From Chlamydiales bacterium (GTDB taxonomy: Bacteria; Chlamydiota; Chlamydiia; Chlamydiales; JAAZZY01), in contig CBDBKM010000010.1 of NCBI GenBank assembly GCA_965206695.1, forward strand, positions 480,001 to 544,000: a stretch of DNA of 64,000 nucleotides, read 5' to 3'. The notes beneath the pieces were generated by a model. That model saw nothing but the letters and a program-made list of their open reading frames with translations, was not told the DNA's origin and did no database searches. Shown here piece by piece: positions 20,041 to 31,370 of the stretch. How positions within the stretch are numbered: the stretch's first letter is position 1; each line of letters opens with the position of its first letter. Both the position numbers and the translations under genes were made by a program.

Positions 20041-20343
20041 ATGTTACCTAAAAAAAGAAAACCTACACATCCCGGAGTTATTTTATTAGAGGAGTATTTA
20101 GAACCTCTGGGAGTCTCTCAACGTCAGTTTGCTTTACATTTAGGTAAGGGGTGGACACCCCCGAAACTCAATGAAATAATCAATGGCAAACGGGGAATCT
20201 CAGTTGATTCGGCTTTGGATTTGGCTGCTGCCCTTAGAACAACATCCGAATTTTGGCTAAATCTACAAATCAACTATGAGCTTTGGGAAGCGATGAGGCG
20301 TCGTCCAAGAAGACGTATCGAACCAATAGAAATGGTTATTTAG
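20041..20343 (+). CDS. higA: HigA antitoxin (HTH)
   Basis: PTHPGVILLEEYL, LNEIINGKRGIS, EFWLNLQ..YEL. Confidence 0.92.
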   Translation: MLPKKRKPTHPGVILLEEYLEPLGVSQRQFALHLGKGWTPPKLNEIINGKRGISVDSALDLAAALRTTSEFWLNLQINYELWEAMRRRPRRRIEPIEMVI

Positions 20344-20466
20344 TTTTTTATTATAAATTTAAATTTTAACTAATTAATAAATTATTTTTTAATAAATAAA
20401 CTATTTGATTTAATAAAAGTAGATCTGTGAAAATATGCGTTTAATTAAAATTCTCGCTTATTTTCG

Positions 20467-21940
20467 ATGACGACAATCTCTAACGATCCGACCTTCTTAT
20501 TTAATCGAATGCCCACAACTCTTGAAGAAGCAGAGCAATATGTTCATGATCTTGAATTGATGATTGAGCAGAGCCCGGGTGATGAAGAACTCGTAACAAA
20601 TATCACCACCCATCTTCTTGATTTAAGTCAAAAAGGTGCTGAGGCTTCTACAGATACCAATTTGTTAAATCGCAATATTAAGATCTTAACAGATGAGTTA
20701 TAGTATTTTAATTTTTATTTGATAATATGTTATCCTTCTTTTTTTATACAAACAGTAAGGACAAAACAATGCCTAGAGCCTATTCAGTAGATCTTCGAGA
20801 GAAAGTATGACAACATATAGAAAAACATCATGATAAAAAAATAGCCGGCCATATTTTTCAAGTAGGTATCGCAACAATATATCGATGGATCTTGCAAAAA
20901 AAGCAAAAAGGACATTTAAAGCCAATCCGCAGAAAATATGCTTATAAGAAATTAGATGATGAGTTGTTATCTAAATATGTAGAAAAACATCCGGATTATT
21001 TTTTATCGGAAATTGCTGATTATTTTTCAGTCACTCCGCAAACGATTTTTTATGCCCTTAAAAGATTAAAAATTACACGAAAAAAAAACTACTCGCTATA
21101 AGGAAAGAGATGAAAAGAAACGGGAAGCTTTTATGAAAGATTTAAAAAATATTCCCTTTGACAAGAGAATTTATCTCGATGAAACCGGGATTCATCAATT
21201 TTTATTTCGTGAGTCCGGAAGAAGCTTACGCGGCAAAAGAGTTTTTGGAGCGGTTTCAGGAAACCGCTTTATAAGGCAAAATATTATTTCAGCCTTATCT
21301 AAAGGGCAGTTTTTATCTCCAATGTGTTTTGAAGGTACTTGTAATACCGGGTTATTCAATATTTGGCTTAAGGAAGTTTTGACTCCTCAGCTTACACCCG
21401 GTAGTGTTCTTATTCTTGACAATGCCGGTTTTCACAAGTCAGCGGAAAGCAGGAAAACAGTAGCATCTGCCGGTTGTAAGCTTATGTTTCTTCCTCCATA
21501 TTCTCCGGACTTAAATCCTATAGAAAAATATTGGGCTAATATGAAAAATAAAGTTAGAGAGATATTACGAAAAGTTACGAATTTTAAATTCGCCATTGAT
21601 CAAGCAATCTTATCAATGTAAAATTAAATGACTATACTTACTGCCTAAGGATATTCGAAAACGTATTGAGGTAGCTGCAATTGCGCCAAGCAAGTATATT
21701 GATGATAGTTTATGTAGACATGTTGGTCACTATCTTAGCGAAAATGATACTTTGGTTCCGAACATTGATAAAGAACGTAGAATCGCTGAAAAACAAGGTA
21801 CTGTCCATTTATTGGAACCGGCCTTAGGTTCTTCAGAGAAATTTGATCATGCCTTTTTGAGTGAGACGTATCAAGAAATATTAGCTCATATTATAGATGA
21901 TTTTAAAGATAGAAGTGGAGGATTAATTGATGTGGGGTAA
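20467..21940 (+). pseudogene. Putative effector with C-terminal DUF687-like alpha/beta-hydrolase domain, split and internally deleted by IS630
   Basis: The N-terminal 78 aa closely match the 41207 ORF. After the IS the frame reads LLPKDIRKRIEVAAIAPSKYI...HYLSENDTLVP...FDHAFLSETYQ, recalling the C-terminus of chlamydial DUF687-type hydrolases. Confidence 0.6.
20699..21636 (+). mobile_element. IS630 copy 2 (orfA nonsense allele, A9 slippery tract)
   Basis: Same termini as copy 1; TGA allele; A-tract one base shorter. Confidence 0.95.
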
Positions 21941-22571
21941 ATATTGTCGATTATTTGTTATAATGTGTGTTTTATGCTTATCTTCATGCTCACATAATAT
22001 CAGTGCAGATTCGAATACTCTCCGCCTTAATAAAGCTCTTGATGAAATGGAGAAATCTTTACCTTCTGATCGAAGAAGTATTACTAATGGAATATTAAAG
22101 AATGTCGCATCGACTTTGTCCCAACGATATAATATGAAATGTACCGGTTTTGGCGGAGGGTGGTGTGGTGATAAAATATTAAGTTTAGTATTTACGATCC
22201 ATAGAACAGTGGAAAAAGGCGAAGCTAGAGTCATGTTGGTTGATTGTGTACAAGGGTTTATCTCTAATGTAAATTCTAATGAAGCATTGAAACCTTATTT
22301 AGATGGGTTAGTTTTTACTGAGAAAAATATTCGATTAACAATTTTCGTAAAAGATTCTCAAGGTAGTAGAGTATACTATCCTGATATCTGTGTCTTTGGA
22401 TCAGTAGAAGGAGGTATCAGCTATAAGTTTCAGTCGCCTGAAAAGAAGTACGGTTATGTAGCCAAAGAACACGAAACCTTCCAAGAAGCTCTTTCTATTT
22501 TAAAAGAAGAGAATAAAGACAGAAGTACTCAGTTAGCCTCTAAAGATATTTCTATAACTCAGCAGAAATAG
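21927..22571 (+). CDS. Predicted lipoprotein, candidate immunity protein
   Basis: Hydrophobic leader with LSSC lipobox; overlaps the stop of the upstream hydrolase-like fragment. Confidence 0.65.
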   Translation: MMWGKYCRLFVIMCVLCLSSCSHNISADSNTLRLNKALDEMEKSLPSDRRSITNGILKNVASTLSQRYNMKCTGFGGGWCGDKILSLVFTIHRTVEKGEARVMLVDCVQGFISNVNSNEALKPYLDGLVFTEKNIRLTIFVKDSQGSRVYYPDICVFGSVEGGISYKFQSPEKKYGYVAKEHETFQEALSILKEENKDRSTQLASKDISITQQK

Positions 22572-22720
22572 AAACTTGAAAAATGGTGCACAAACGGTGC
22601 AGTGAACTTGATAAACAACCGGTATCATCCAACACAAACCAATAGACTTCTAGCTATTTCTTCAGTATAATAATGCTCATTGTGATTGGATATTATTGGT
22701 TAGCTTGGCAATACACCGCC

Positions 22721-22772
22721 CTGTAACTCCGTCTCCTTAAGGATACGGTAGTTCGAATTCAACCGCCCCTCA
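22721..22772 (+). pseudogene. 3' half of a tRNA-Tyr(GTA)-like sequence, att-like remnant
   Basis: CTGTAAC anticodon loop, long variable arm TCC-TTAA-GGA, GTTCGAAT T-loop, then CCGCCCCTCA; no pairing 5' acceptor or D arm. Confidence 0.65.
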
Positions 22773-22841
22773 TATACCGGACTAAAATAGAACTGACATG
22801 TTTAAAACGTGTCGATTTTAATTTTTTGCCTTATTAAAAAT

Positions 22842-22985
22842 TTATTTTATCCGTTGTTGATCTTCATTTTCTCTATTGCTCTTTGAATAAATTTCGATCA
22901 AATAAATTTCATCATTTTCAATGATATAAGCATAGATAACGCGTATACCGTTTCTAGCACCTTTTCCTTTCAGTGCCTTACAAAC
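22842..22985 (-). pseudogene. RelE-like toxin C-terminal fragment
   Basis: CKALKGKGARNGIRVIYAY...IYLIEIYSKSNREN; 5' part replaced by an IS5 remnant. Confidence 0.55.
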
Positions 22986-23009
22986 GATTTTTTTGCTTTA
23001 TATACTGTG

Positions 23010-23273
23010 GTGTATCAAAGCCAAGATTATCATAGGCTTTAAGGCTATTTTGAGGATTAAGTTCATTTTTATGTATACCTTTTAGTAAGCATCGACCGGG
23101 TTGCCAATCAATGAATTGATTCAATGGTTGTAAACGATTCTTGGCACCTATGTGATGCTTTGCACCCATAATAAAAAAACTGCTCATCATTCAACCCCAT
23201 AAATGAAAGAAAAGTATAGACAATCAATGATTTCTTTAAAAATCATTATTAAGAATCAGTTATGCAGAGGTCT
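23010..23273 (-). mobile_element. IS5-family left-end remnant
   Basis: End AGACCTCTGCATAAC; MMSSFFIMGAKH..FIDWQ homologous to 29420-29632. Confidence 0.7.
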
Positions 23274-23534
23274 TTTTTGGTATATTAATTTCCGTTGAGC
23301 TGCCATTAATGCCTCTTCGGTTACTGAATTGATTAGTGAAACAGATTCTTCTGTTCCTTTTACTTCTACTGTTCTATATTTGGGTTTGGTCATTGAAACT
23401 GCAGGGTGTTGTGAAGAGAATTGGGCACGCTTGCTTTCGTATAATTCTTTTGTTGGAATTATAGCTGTTTTTTCATGATAAGGTATAGTTTTAAATGCTT
23501 CATGTTTATTTTTTTTGTTAAGGGACGTGATAGA

Positions 23535-24815
23535 TCAAGAATGCCTTCTACTATCTAGGTAGGTAAAATCCACAGAAGATTTACAATAAGTTTCCCTAAT
23601 AAAAAGTGAAGAAAAGATAAAAGATATAAGAGAAATTAAAATGAGGAGAATAAATACTAATTGATAATCAGGGAGTGTGATTTTTCCTCCTTTTTTTACA
23701 TAATCTAACAATGCTCCTAAAAAGGGTGCGCTAAAAGCAGAAAACAATGTAATCATAGCATTATTTAAGCCAAATCCTACAGCAATAAACTGCCTTTTAA
23801 ACTGTTCTGTAACAGCAGCAAAACCAATGCTCTGACCACTAGCACTAATTCCCAAAAAGAAAAACGCAAATGATAAATAGAGCTCATTAAATGCATAAAT
23901 TATAGAAACGATTGATAGTACTCCTAAAACGGAGGCTATGATCATAATAATTTTTCTACGAAACAAAAGATCCGAAAGGAATCCCAGCAAAGGACAGCCT
24001 ATAGCGTAACCCAGCCAAGAAATTGTGATCATATAAGAAGCTTTACTTAAAGAAACTCCCTTAAGATATAAAAATGAACGCGCTTCATTTTCTGATAAGT
24101 ATTCAATCGTAAAATAAAGCCCTACCGATACAATCGCTATGTACCAAGGCTGAGCCCCAGAAAAAAGTCTTTGAATGGATCTCTTAATGTTTTTAGGGCG
24201 AGATAAAATAATATACTTCCCTGCTTTCGCATTATTATTTGATACAAAGAATAGAACTAAAATAGCTAAAATAACACCGACACCACTTAACATTAAAAAA
24301 ATAAAACGCCAGCTAACATGTGTAGCTTCTGACATGGCATAAAGAGGCCCGGCTCCCAACATAGGCCCTATAGTCCCAATACACTGAGATAAACCTATAA
24401 AAATGGCACTATAACGATGGGGCATCCATTCGTTTACTGAAACCAACAAACAAATAAAAGCAAAAGAAGCACCAAACCCCATCAGCATCCTAAATATCAA
24501 TGCGCAAGAATATGTATGAGACAAAGCAAAGCCAAAAGAGGCTATCGTGCATATAAGTGTCGCAATGAGTAAAGATCTCTTAAGACCAATGGAATTGGTT
24601 ATAATTCCAACAGGCACCTGCATTAGGCCATAAACAATAAAAAACAATGTTGTACTTAAGAGGGAAAATTCAAATACATTTAGATGTAGATCCATCATAA
24701 TTGGATATTGATACGTACCAATTACAGTTCGGATAAAAAATTCATATAGAAAAAAGACAGCGCATATCAACCATACAACAAAACCCTTTAATCTGAATTC
24801 AGTATCTTTTATCAT
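23535..24815 (-). CDS. MFS transporter
   Basis: About 12 TM segments; YGLMQVPVG, RMLMGFGASF, GFLSDLLFRRK. Confidence 0.85.
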   Translation of the reverse strand: MIKDTEFRLKGFVVWLICAVFFLYEFFIRTVIGTYQYPIMMDLHLNVFEFSLLSTTLFFIVYGLMQVPVGIITNSIGLKRSLLIATLICTIASFGFALSHTYSCALIFRMLMGFGASFAFICLLVSVNEWMPHRYSAIFIGLSQCIGTIGPMLGAGPLYAMSEATHVSWRFIFLMLSGVGVILAILVLFFVSNNNAKAGKYIILSRPKNIKRSIQRLFSGAQPWYIAIVSVGLYFTIEYLSENEARSFLYLKGVSLSKASYMITISWLGYAIGCPLLGFLSDLLFRRKIIMIIASVLGVLSIVSIIYAFNELYLSFAFFFLGISASGQSIGFAAVTEQFKRQFIAVGFGLNNAMITLFSAFSAPFLGALLDYVKKGGKITLPDYQLVFILLILISLISFIFSSLFIRETYCKSSVDFTYLDSRRHS

Positions 24816-25835
24816 TTAATTTATATAACTATCCGGCTGTTTCTTATCCCATTGTTCTATCACTGATTCAGCTTTATCATAATCAAGAAATGAAGCAATT
24901 TTAAATATCGATAAACCCTCATGTATAATTGGGGATGTATTAATACCCACTACAATCCCTTTTTGATGTGATTTTATAGGTTCTAGAATATCTGCACCAA
25001 AAGGATCGCTGATCACGCCCATTAAGTCATTTTTTTCAACAATTTGTCCTAAAGATACGCTAGAATTTAATATACCTCCTTTATGTGCGACAATCCAATC
25101 CTCGTCTCTAGAAAAAATAGGATTAACTTCTTTCACAGGTTCTTTAGAAAGCATATCTATTGCACGCATAACATTCTTAATCCCATCGACACCTAAAGCA
25201 ATAGCATTTTCATCAAAACGCATCGCTTCCCCTGCTTGGTATACCAACAAAGGTAGTTGAAGTTCTTCTGTAGTTTGCCTTAAGTAATTGCCTTCCAATG
25301 TTACATTTGTAATAACAGGTGATTTAAAAATTTTTGCAAGTTGTCTGGCTTCCGGATTTTTAAAGTTACAGTATACCTGAGGAAGAATGTTATGGTTTAA
25401 ACCACCCGTTTGAAGTTCAATACAATAATCAGCTTTTTTTAATATCTCATTGGTAAAGAGATAAGCTATACGTTCTCCAAAAGAACCGTTTGCATCACCG
25501 GGAAAACAACTCGCTAAATCATCACCCATCGGCAAAGTTGAGGGGTAGTGGGTTAATCCATAAACATTCACAACAGGAATAGCTATGACGGTGCCACAAA
25601 TATTTGATGGAGAGAAAGAAATTATAATTCTATTTGCAATTTCCAGTCCATTTAACTCAATCCCTTTTAGAACCGAGAAAATAACCAAACAGGGACCTTT
25701 CTTAATACCATGAATCACTTTGATTGGCATGTATAAAGGAGAACAAGAATACTGCTCCGGAAGTGGTAATGCAAGGTTTGCTACCTCACCCGGATGAACA
25801 AAAGTATCGCAGATTTTAATCTTATTGTTCTTCAT
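24816..25835 (-). CDS. Succinylglutamate desuccinylase/aspartoacylase-family (M14-like) protein with altered metal ligands
   Basis: GIELNG, IPVVNVYG, CFPGDANGS, YCIELQTGG, YQAGEAMRF; the usual Zn-binding His residues are substituted. Confidence 0.8.
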   Translation of the reverse strand: MKNNKIKICDTFVHPGEVANLALPLPEQYSCSPLYMPIKVIHGIKKGPCLVIFSVLKGIELNGLEIANRIIISFSPSNICGTVIAIPVVNVYGLTHYPSTLPMGDDLASCFPGDANGSFGERIAYLFTNEILKKADYCIELQTGGLNHNILPQVYCNFKNPEARQLAKIFKSPVITNVTLEGNYLRQTTEELQLPLLVYQAGEAMRFDENAIALGVDGIKNVMRAIDMLSKEPVKEVNPIFSRDEDWIVAHKGGILNSSVSLGQIVEKNDLMGVISDPFGADILEPIKSHQKGIVVGINTSPIIHEGLSIFKIASFLDYDKAESVIEQWDKKQPDSYIN

Positions 25836-25989
25836 AAACCTCTATATTCTCCATATTAAAAACAAAATCATTAACTACGTACGTTGCATTATACATTTTT
25901 TATCGATTAATAACTAGTTGTTCTAATCTACCGCTTGTGTTTCAAAAGTTATAGAGAGAACTTGAAAAAATCAAAGGATGGTCCACAAT

Positions 25990-26125
25990 ACCTTCGTATT
26001 CGAATGATTGTGGATGATAGCATTCTTTCAAAAACGCATAGTAAAAAAATAGAGATTATAAATGACCAATATTCCGGAGATGTACATGATGTTATAGTAG
26101 GAATCGGTTTGGTAAATCTTTTATA
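25990..26125 (+). pseudogene. IS701-like transposase fragment
   Basis: IVDDSILSK..SKKIE...QYSG..H.VI.GIGLVNLL. Confidence 0.65.
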
Positions 26126-26174
26126 AGACTTCTGCATAACTGATTCCTGATAAGGATTTTTTTAAAAATGCATT
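26126..26174 (+). mobile_element. Displaced left end of the IS5 element whose body lies at 29056-29632
   Basis: AGACTTCTGCATAACTGATTC..., homologous to the 23273 end. Confidence 0.7.
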
Positions 26175-26277
26175 AGACTTCTTTCGAAACTCATTGTGCC
26201 ACCTCCAAATTGTAAATGCCGGCAATTAGATTAAAACGAAGAGCAAACCTTTTACGCTTATTTCCGTAACGATCAGT
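26175..26277 (-). mobile_element. Displaced right part of the ISL2-like IS5 element
   Basis: Encodes TDRYGNKRKRFALRFNLIAGIYNLEVAQ*; ends in GTTTCGAAAGAAGTCT, the inverse of the 29633 end. Confidence 0.8.
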
Positions 26278-27216
26278 TATAGTCATTTAATTTTATATTG
26301 ATAAGATTGCTTGATCAATGGCGAATTTAAAATTCGTAACTTTTCGTAATATCTCTCTAACTTTATTTTTCATATTAGCCCAATATTTTTCTATAGGATT
26401 TAAGTCCGGAGAATAGGGAGGAAGAAACATAAGCTTACAACCGGCAGATTCTACTGTTTTCCTGCTTTCCGCTGACTTGTGAAAACCGGCATTGTCAAGA
26501 ATAAGAACACTACCGGGTGTAAGCTGAGGAGTCAAAACTTCCTTAAGCCAAATATTGAATAACCCGGTATTACAAGTACCTTCAAAACACATTGGAGAGA
26601 AAAACTGCCCTTTAGATAGGGCTGAAATAATATTTTGCCTTATAAAGCGGTTTCCTGAAACCGCTCCAAAAACTTTTTTGCCGCATAAGCTTCTTCCGGA
26701 CTCACGAAATAAAAATTGATGAATCCCGGTTTCATCGAGATAAATTCTCTTGTCAAAGGGAATATTTTTTAAATCTTTCATAAAAGCTTCCCGTTTCTTT
26801 TCATCTCTTTCCTTATAGCGAGTAGTTTTTTTTTTCGTGTAATTTTTAATCTTTTAAGGGCATAAAAAATCGTTTGCGGAGTGACTGAAAAATAATCAGC
26901 AATTTCCGATAAAAAATAATCCGGATGTTTTTCTACATATTTAGATAACAACTCATCATCTAATTTCTTATAAGCATATTTTCTGCGGATTGGCTTTAAA
27001 TGTCCTTTTTGCTTTTTTTGCAAGATCCATCGATATATTGTTGCGATACCTACTTGAAAAATATGGCCGGCTGTTTTTTTATCATGATGTTTTTCTATAT
27101 GTTGTCATACTTTCTCTCGAAGATCTACTGAATAGGCTCTAGGCATTGTTTTGTCCTTACTGTTTGTATAAAAAAAAAAGGATAACATATTATCAAATAA
27201 AAATTAAAATACTATA
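26278..27216 (-). mobile_element. IS630 copy 3 (orfA nonsense allele)
   Basis: Same termini and ORFs as copy 1. Confidence 0.95.
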
Positions 27217-27374
27217 TACCATTCCTTTGTGCATTTATGTAACGGCATTTTTCCGTAACAAAAGAGAAAAATAATACTCGGATTAAAAAAGTTATTTAAA
27301 TAGCGCATTTCTGTTGCGCAAAAATCCTGATAGACCTATTTAAGCTGAAGAATTATATCGTGGGGTGAAAAATA

Positions 27375-28166
27375 GTGATGACTGATCAAAAAAAACCTCT
27401 TTTACAAAAACGACTCTTAGAAATTGAAGCAAATACCTTGGCCCATTTCAAATATTTACCCGCGTTAGCACATTTTCCTATTAAATCCGATATCGATTTA
27501 ACCATCATTAATTGTGGCCTTGGTTCTTCCATGTTTAATATTGTATACGGTAATTTAAAAAAATATTCTTCTTCAATAGGCATTGCAATTCAAGCTATCG
27601 TTGATCAGTTTCAAAATCAAGAGTTTGCTTGGTGGGTACCGCGATCTTTACAAACTAAAACATTAGCATCCGGATTACTACAATTAGGCTTCATTATTGA
27701 ATCTGAAGAAATCGCAATGTGGTGCAAACCGGACTTTAATAGTAAGTTTTCTTCAAAAAAACTCACCATTCAACAAGTACAAACAAACAGACAGCTTGAA
27801 GACTTTATTTCTATCCTTGAAATTTATGACCGCACAGCTCGTAAGTTTTATGAACAACTACCTTTGAAAGCTCTTCAAAAACAAGAAAAACTCTTTATTG
27901 GTTACCATAATGCTCTACCTGTCTGTGTTGCTATTTTATTTATACAAGATCATTCTGCTGCGATCTTTAGCCTAATTACTTGCGAGAATTTTAGAGGGCA
28001 AGGATTTGGCACAGATATGATGCTCTACCTAATGCAACTCTCATCAACATTAGGAGCCACATCTTGCACACTTTCCGCATCTAGTGATGCAGGCTACCGC
28101 ATATATGAACGCCTAGGCTTTACAAGTTATGGTCAATTTGAATGTTTTGAGTGGAAGTTACCATAA
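27375..28166 (+). CDS. GNAT-family acetyltransferase
   Basis: ENFRGQGFGT (motif A) and ASSDAGYRIYERLGF (motif B). Confidence 0.88.
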   Translation: MMTDQKKPLLQKRLLEIEANTLAHFKYLPALAHFPIKSDIDLTIINCGLGSSMFNIVYGNLKKYSSSIGIAIQAIVDQFQNQEFAWWVPRSLQTKTLASGLLQLGFIIESEEIAMWCKPDFNSKFSSKKLTIQQVQTNRQLEDFISILEIYDRTARKFYEQLPLKALQKQEKLFIGYHNALPVCVAILFIQDHSAAIFSLITCENFRGQGFGTDMMLYLMQLSSTLGATSCTLSASSDAGYRIYERLGFTSYGQFECFEWKLP

Positions 28167-28392
28167 CGGATGATGTTATAGAAGTAATATCAACTTAGTT
28201 ACCGGTGAATTCCAAGCACCGGAATTTTATAAACAATATGGCTTTGAAGTCACATGTGTGCGTATTAATCGCCATAATCCCAAGTTCAATAAAACATTCT
28301 TCATCAAATACTTTGAAGATAATATGCAATCCCGAGATATGTTAACAAAAAATACAAATCATAACATTGAAAAGATCACTCTTTCCCGGAAC

Positions 28393-28917
28393 TATACCCA
28401 TTATGACTCAAAGTGCCGATTTTAGAGGCTGAAAATTATCATTGATTTTTTGAGCCGTTGCATGGGCAATAAGCGGCCAAGTATTTTTAAAAAATCCCGT
28501 AATCGATCGCCTGAATTCTTGAGTAGAAGTAAACAATCGATTATTACGACAATGTTCATTCATTACTTTCCATAGGCGTTCAATGGGATTAAGATTAGGG
28601 CTGTATGCAGGTAAATGATGCAGAATAATATCTCGTTCTTCTGCCGCTTTTCCGGTCTCTATACTTTTATTATAAGGTCCTTAATCTAAGATAAGATGAA
28701 GAATATATGAAGCTGTAGGATATTTAGCGCGAAGCAGATCAAAATGCTTTACCATGGAATTACTGTTGATTTTTTCATATGAATCTATTGTGACATCCAT
28801 TGTCTTCAGGTTAATAGATTCCATAAGATTCATACGTGTTCCGGAAGCCGTTGTTGCTATTAATGTATCAACCAATACGGGCTTGTCTATCGATAGCAAC
28901 CTTCGGTAGTACCTCAT
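28393..28917 (-). pseudogene. Second IS630-type element, C-terminal remnant with right end
   Basis: HLILD, LPAYSPNLNPIERLWKVMNE, INDNFQ; terminal TATACCCATTATGACTCAA. Confidence 0.75.
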
Positions 28918-29055
28918 TATTTAATTTCTCGTATTTGGTTTGTAGGGCTTTATCTCGTTCTTTCCATAAAATTGGCTTTAGCAATTAAATGAGTGGCGTC
29001 TACGAAGCTAAAAACCTCATTCATCACTCCTTGTTTTCTTAGTTGATCTCTTAAG

Positions 29056-29632
29056 TCAGCGAAAATTTTGGATAGGATCTTTGTCCCTAACTTTACAAAA
29101 AGTGGTATGATCAGGTTCGACTGTTTTTTTCGGGCGTGCTGCTGAAATTACTATAGTTGTATCAAGAAGAGCCCCTTCAGCTTCTTTAACTTTAATTCCG
29201 TGCTTTTCTAATTGCCGGTTAATTTCGCGAAATAAGCGCTCATGAAGCCCTTTATGAATGATGGTATTCCTAAAGCGGCATACGGTTGTTTTATCCGGCG
29301 TATCATCTTCTATTTCAAAACCTGTGAACAACATAAAGTCCAAACGGACCCTTAAGGCTTCTTCTAAAGCAGGCTCGCTTAAGCTGTGCCGGTGACCCAA
29401 TAATATCGACTTAAACAGGGCAAGATTATCAAAGGCTTTGGGGTCACCTTGAGGGTTAAGTTCATTTTTATGTATGCCTTTTAGTAAGCATCGACCGGAT
29501 TGCCAATCAATGAATGGATTCAATTGTTATAAACGATTCTTAGCACCTATGCGATGCTTTGCACCCATAATAAAAAAACGGCTCATCATTCAACCTCCCA
29601 AAATAAATGGAAGAAAAGTATAGACAATCAAT
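29056..29632 (-). pseudogene. IS5-family transposase, truncated
   Basis: LSEPALEEAL..RLDFMLFTG, PDKTTVCRFR, GALLDTTIV. Confidence 0.8.
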
Positions 29633-30433
29633 AGACTTCTTTCGAAACTAATTTTTTGATAATAATGTTCTTGTTAAAATAAGTGAGGATAACATGAAGT
29701 TTGAAACAGTTAAAAGTTTAGACGATGAAAAATTTCGTCGGCTAACGGGCATTAAGAAAGCTACATTTGATAGGATGCAGTTGATTTTAGAAGAATCGAA
29801 CAAACTCAAAAAAGTTAAAGGTGTTAGGAAGAACAAACTAAGCATAAAGGATATGCTGCTTATGACTCCGGAATATATCCGAGAATACGGGACTTATTTC
29901 CATGTGAGTTAAAGTTACGGTGTTAGTGAGAGTACTGCCTATAAAACTGTAAGGTGGGTCGAGGATACATTAATCAAGCACCCTGATTTCTCTTTGCCCG
30001 GACGCAAAGCTCTTCTAAAGAGCGATGTTGAATATGACGTTATTTTAATCGATGCAACAGAAACGCGTATTGAAAGGCCAAAAAGAAACAGAAGTATTTT
30101 TACTCAGGAAAAAAGAAAAAATATACGCTAAAAACTCAGGTTGTTGTGAACAAGAAGACGCAACAAGTAATCTGTACGGCATTCTCGAATGGCAAGCTAC
30201 ATGATTTCAGATTATTCAAAGAGTCAAAAATACAAATCCGTCCGGAAATAAATGTGTTGACTGATACCGGATATCAAGGTCTACAAGATATTCACTCTAA
30301 GATCCAAATGCCAAAGAAAAAAAGTAAAAAGAAGCCATTGACTAAAGATGATAAGAAACGCAATCGACAGCTTTCCAAAGAACGAGTTCTCAATGAACAT
30401 ATCATTGCCCGTTTAAAGCGATTCAAGATTATA
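29633..30433 (+). mobile_element. ISL2-like IS5-family element, left part (pseudogenised)
   Basis: End AGACTTCTTTCGAAAC; KFRRLTGIKK, IDATE..IERPK, HDFRLFK, DTGYQG, LKRFKII; cut by IS630. Confidence 0.85.
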
Positions 30434-31370
30434 TAGTCATTTAATTTTACATTGATAAGATTGCTTGATCAATGGCGAATGTAAAATTCGTAACTTTTCG
30501 TAATATCTCTCTAACTTTATTTTTCATATTAGCCCAATATTTTTCTATAGGATTTAAGTCCGGAGAATATGGAGGAAGAAACATAAGCTTACAACCGGCA
30601 GATTCTACTTTTTTCCTACTTTCCGCTGACTTGTGAAAACCTGCATTGTCAAGAATAAGAACACTACCGGGTGTAAGCTGAGGAGTCAAAACTTCCTTAA
30701 GCCAAATATTGAATAACCCGGTATTACAAGTACCTTCAAAACACATTGGAGATAAAAACTGCCCTTTAGATAGGGCTGAAATAATATTTTGCCTTATAAA
30801 GCGGTTTCCTGAAACCGCTCCAAAAACTTTTTTGCCGCGTAAGCTTCTTCCGGACTCACGAAATAAAAATTGATGAATCCCGGTTTCATCGAGATAAATT
30901 CTCTTGTCAAAGGGAATATTTTTTAAATCTTTCATAAAAGCTTCCCGTTTCTTTTCATCTCTTTCCTTATAGCGAGTAGTTTTTTTTTTCGTGTAATTTT
31001 TAATCTTTTAAGGGCATAAAAAATCGTTTGCGGAGTGACTGAAAAATAATCAGCAATTTCCGATAAAAAATAATCCGGATGTTTTTCTACATATTTAGAT
31101 AACAACTCATCATCTAATTTTTTATAAGCATATTTTCTGCGGATTGGCTTTAAATGTCCTTTTTGCTTTTTTTGCAAGATCCATCGATATATTGTTGCGA
31201 TACCTACTTGAAAAATATGGCCGGCTGTTTTTTTATCATGATGTTTTTCTATATGTTGTAATACTTTCTCTCGAAGATCTACTGAATAGGCTCTAGGCAT
31301 TGTTTTGTCCTTACTGTTTGTATAAAAAAAGAAGGATAACATATTATCAAATAAAAATTAAAATACTATA
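30432..31370 (-). mobile_element. IS630 copy 4 (intact orfA/orfB)
   Basis: TTA at orfA codon 14; A10 tract. Confidence 0.95.

Noticed and set aside
22690..22772. Functional tRNA-Tyr
   Set aside because: The acceptor and anticodon stems cannot pair with the 5' sequence; only a degenerate 3' half remains.
23275..23515. About 80-codon open frame on the - strand
   Set aside because: No clear start and no recognisable motif; probably a gene remnant.
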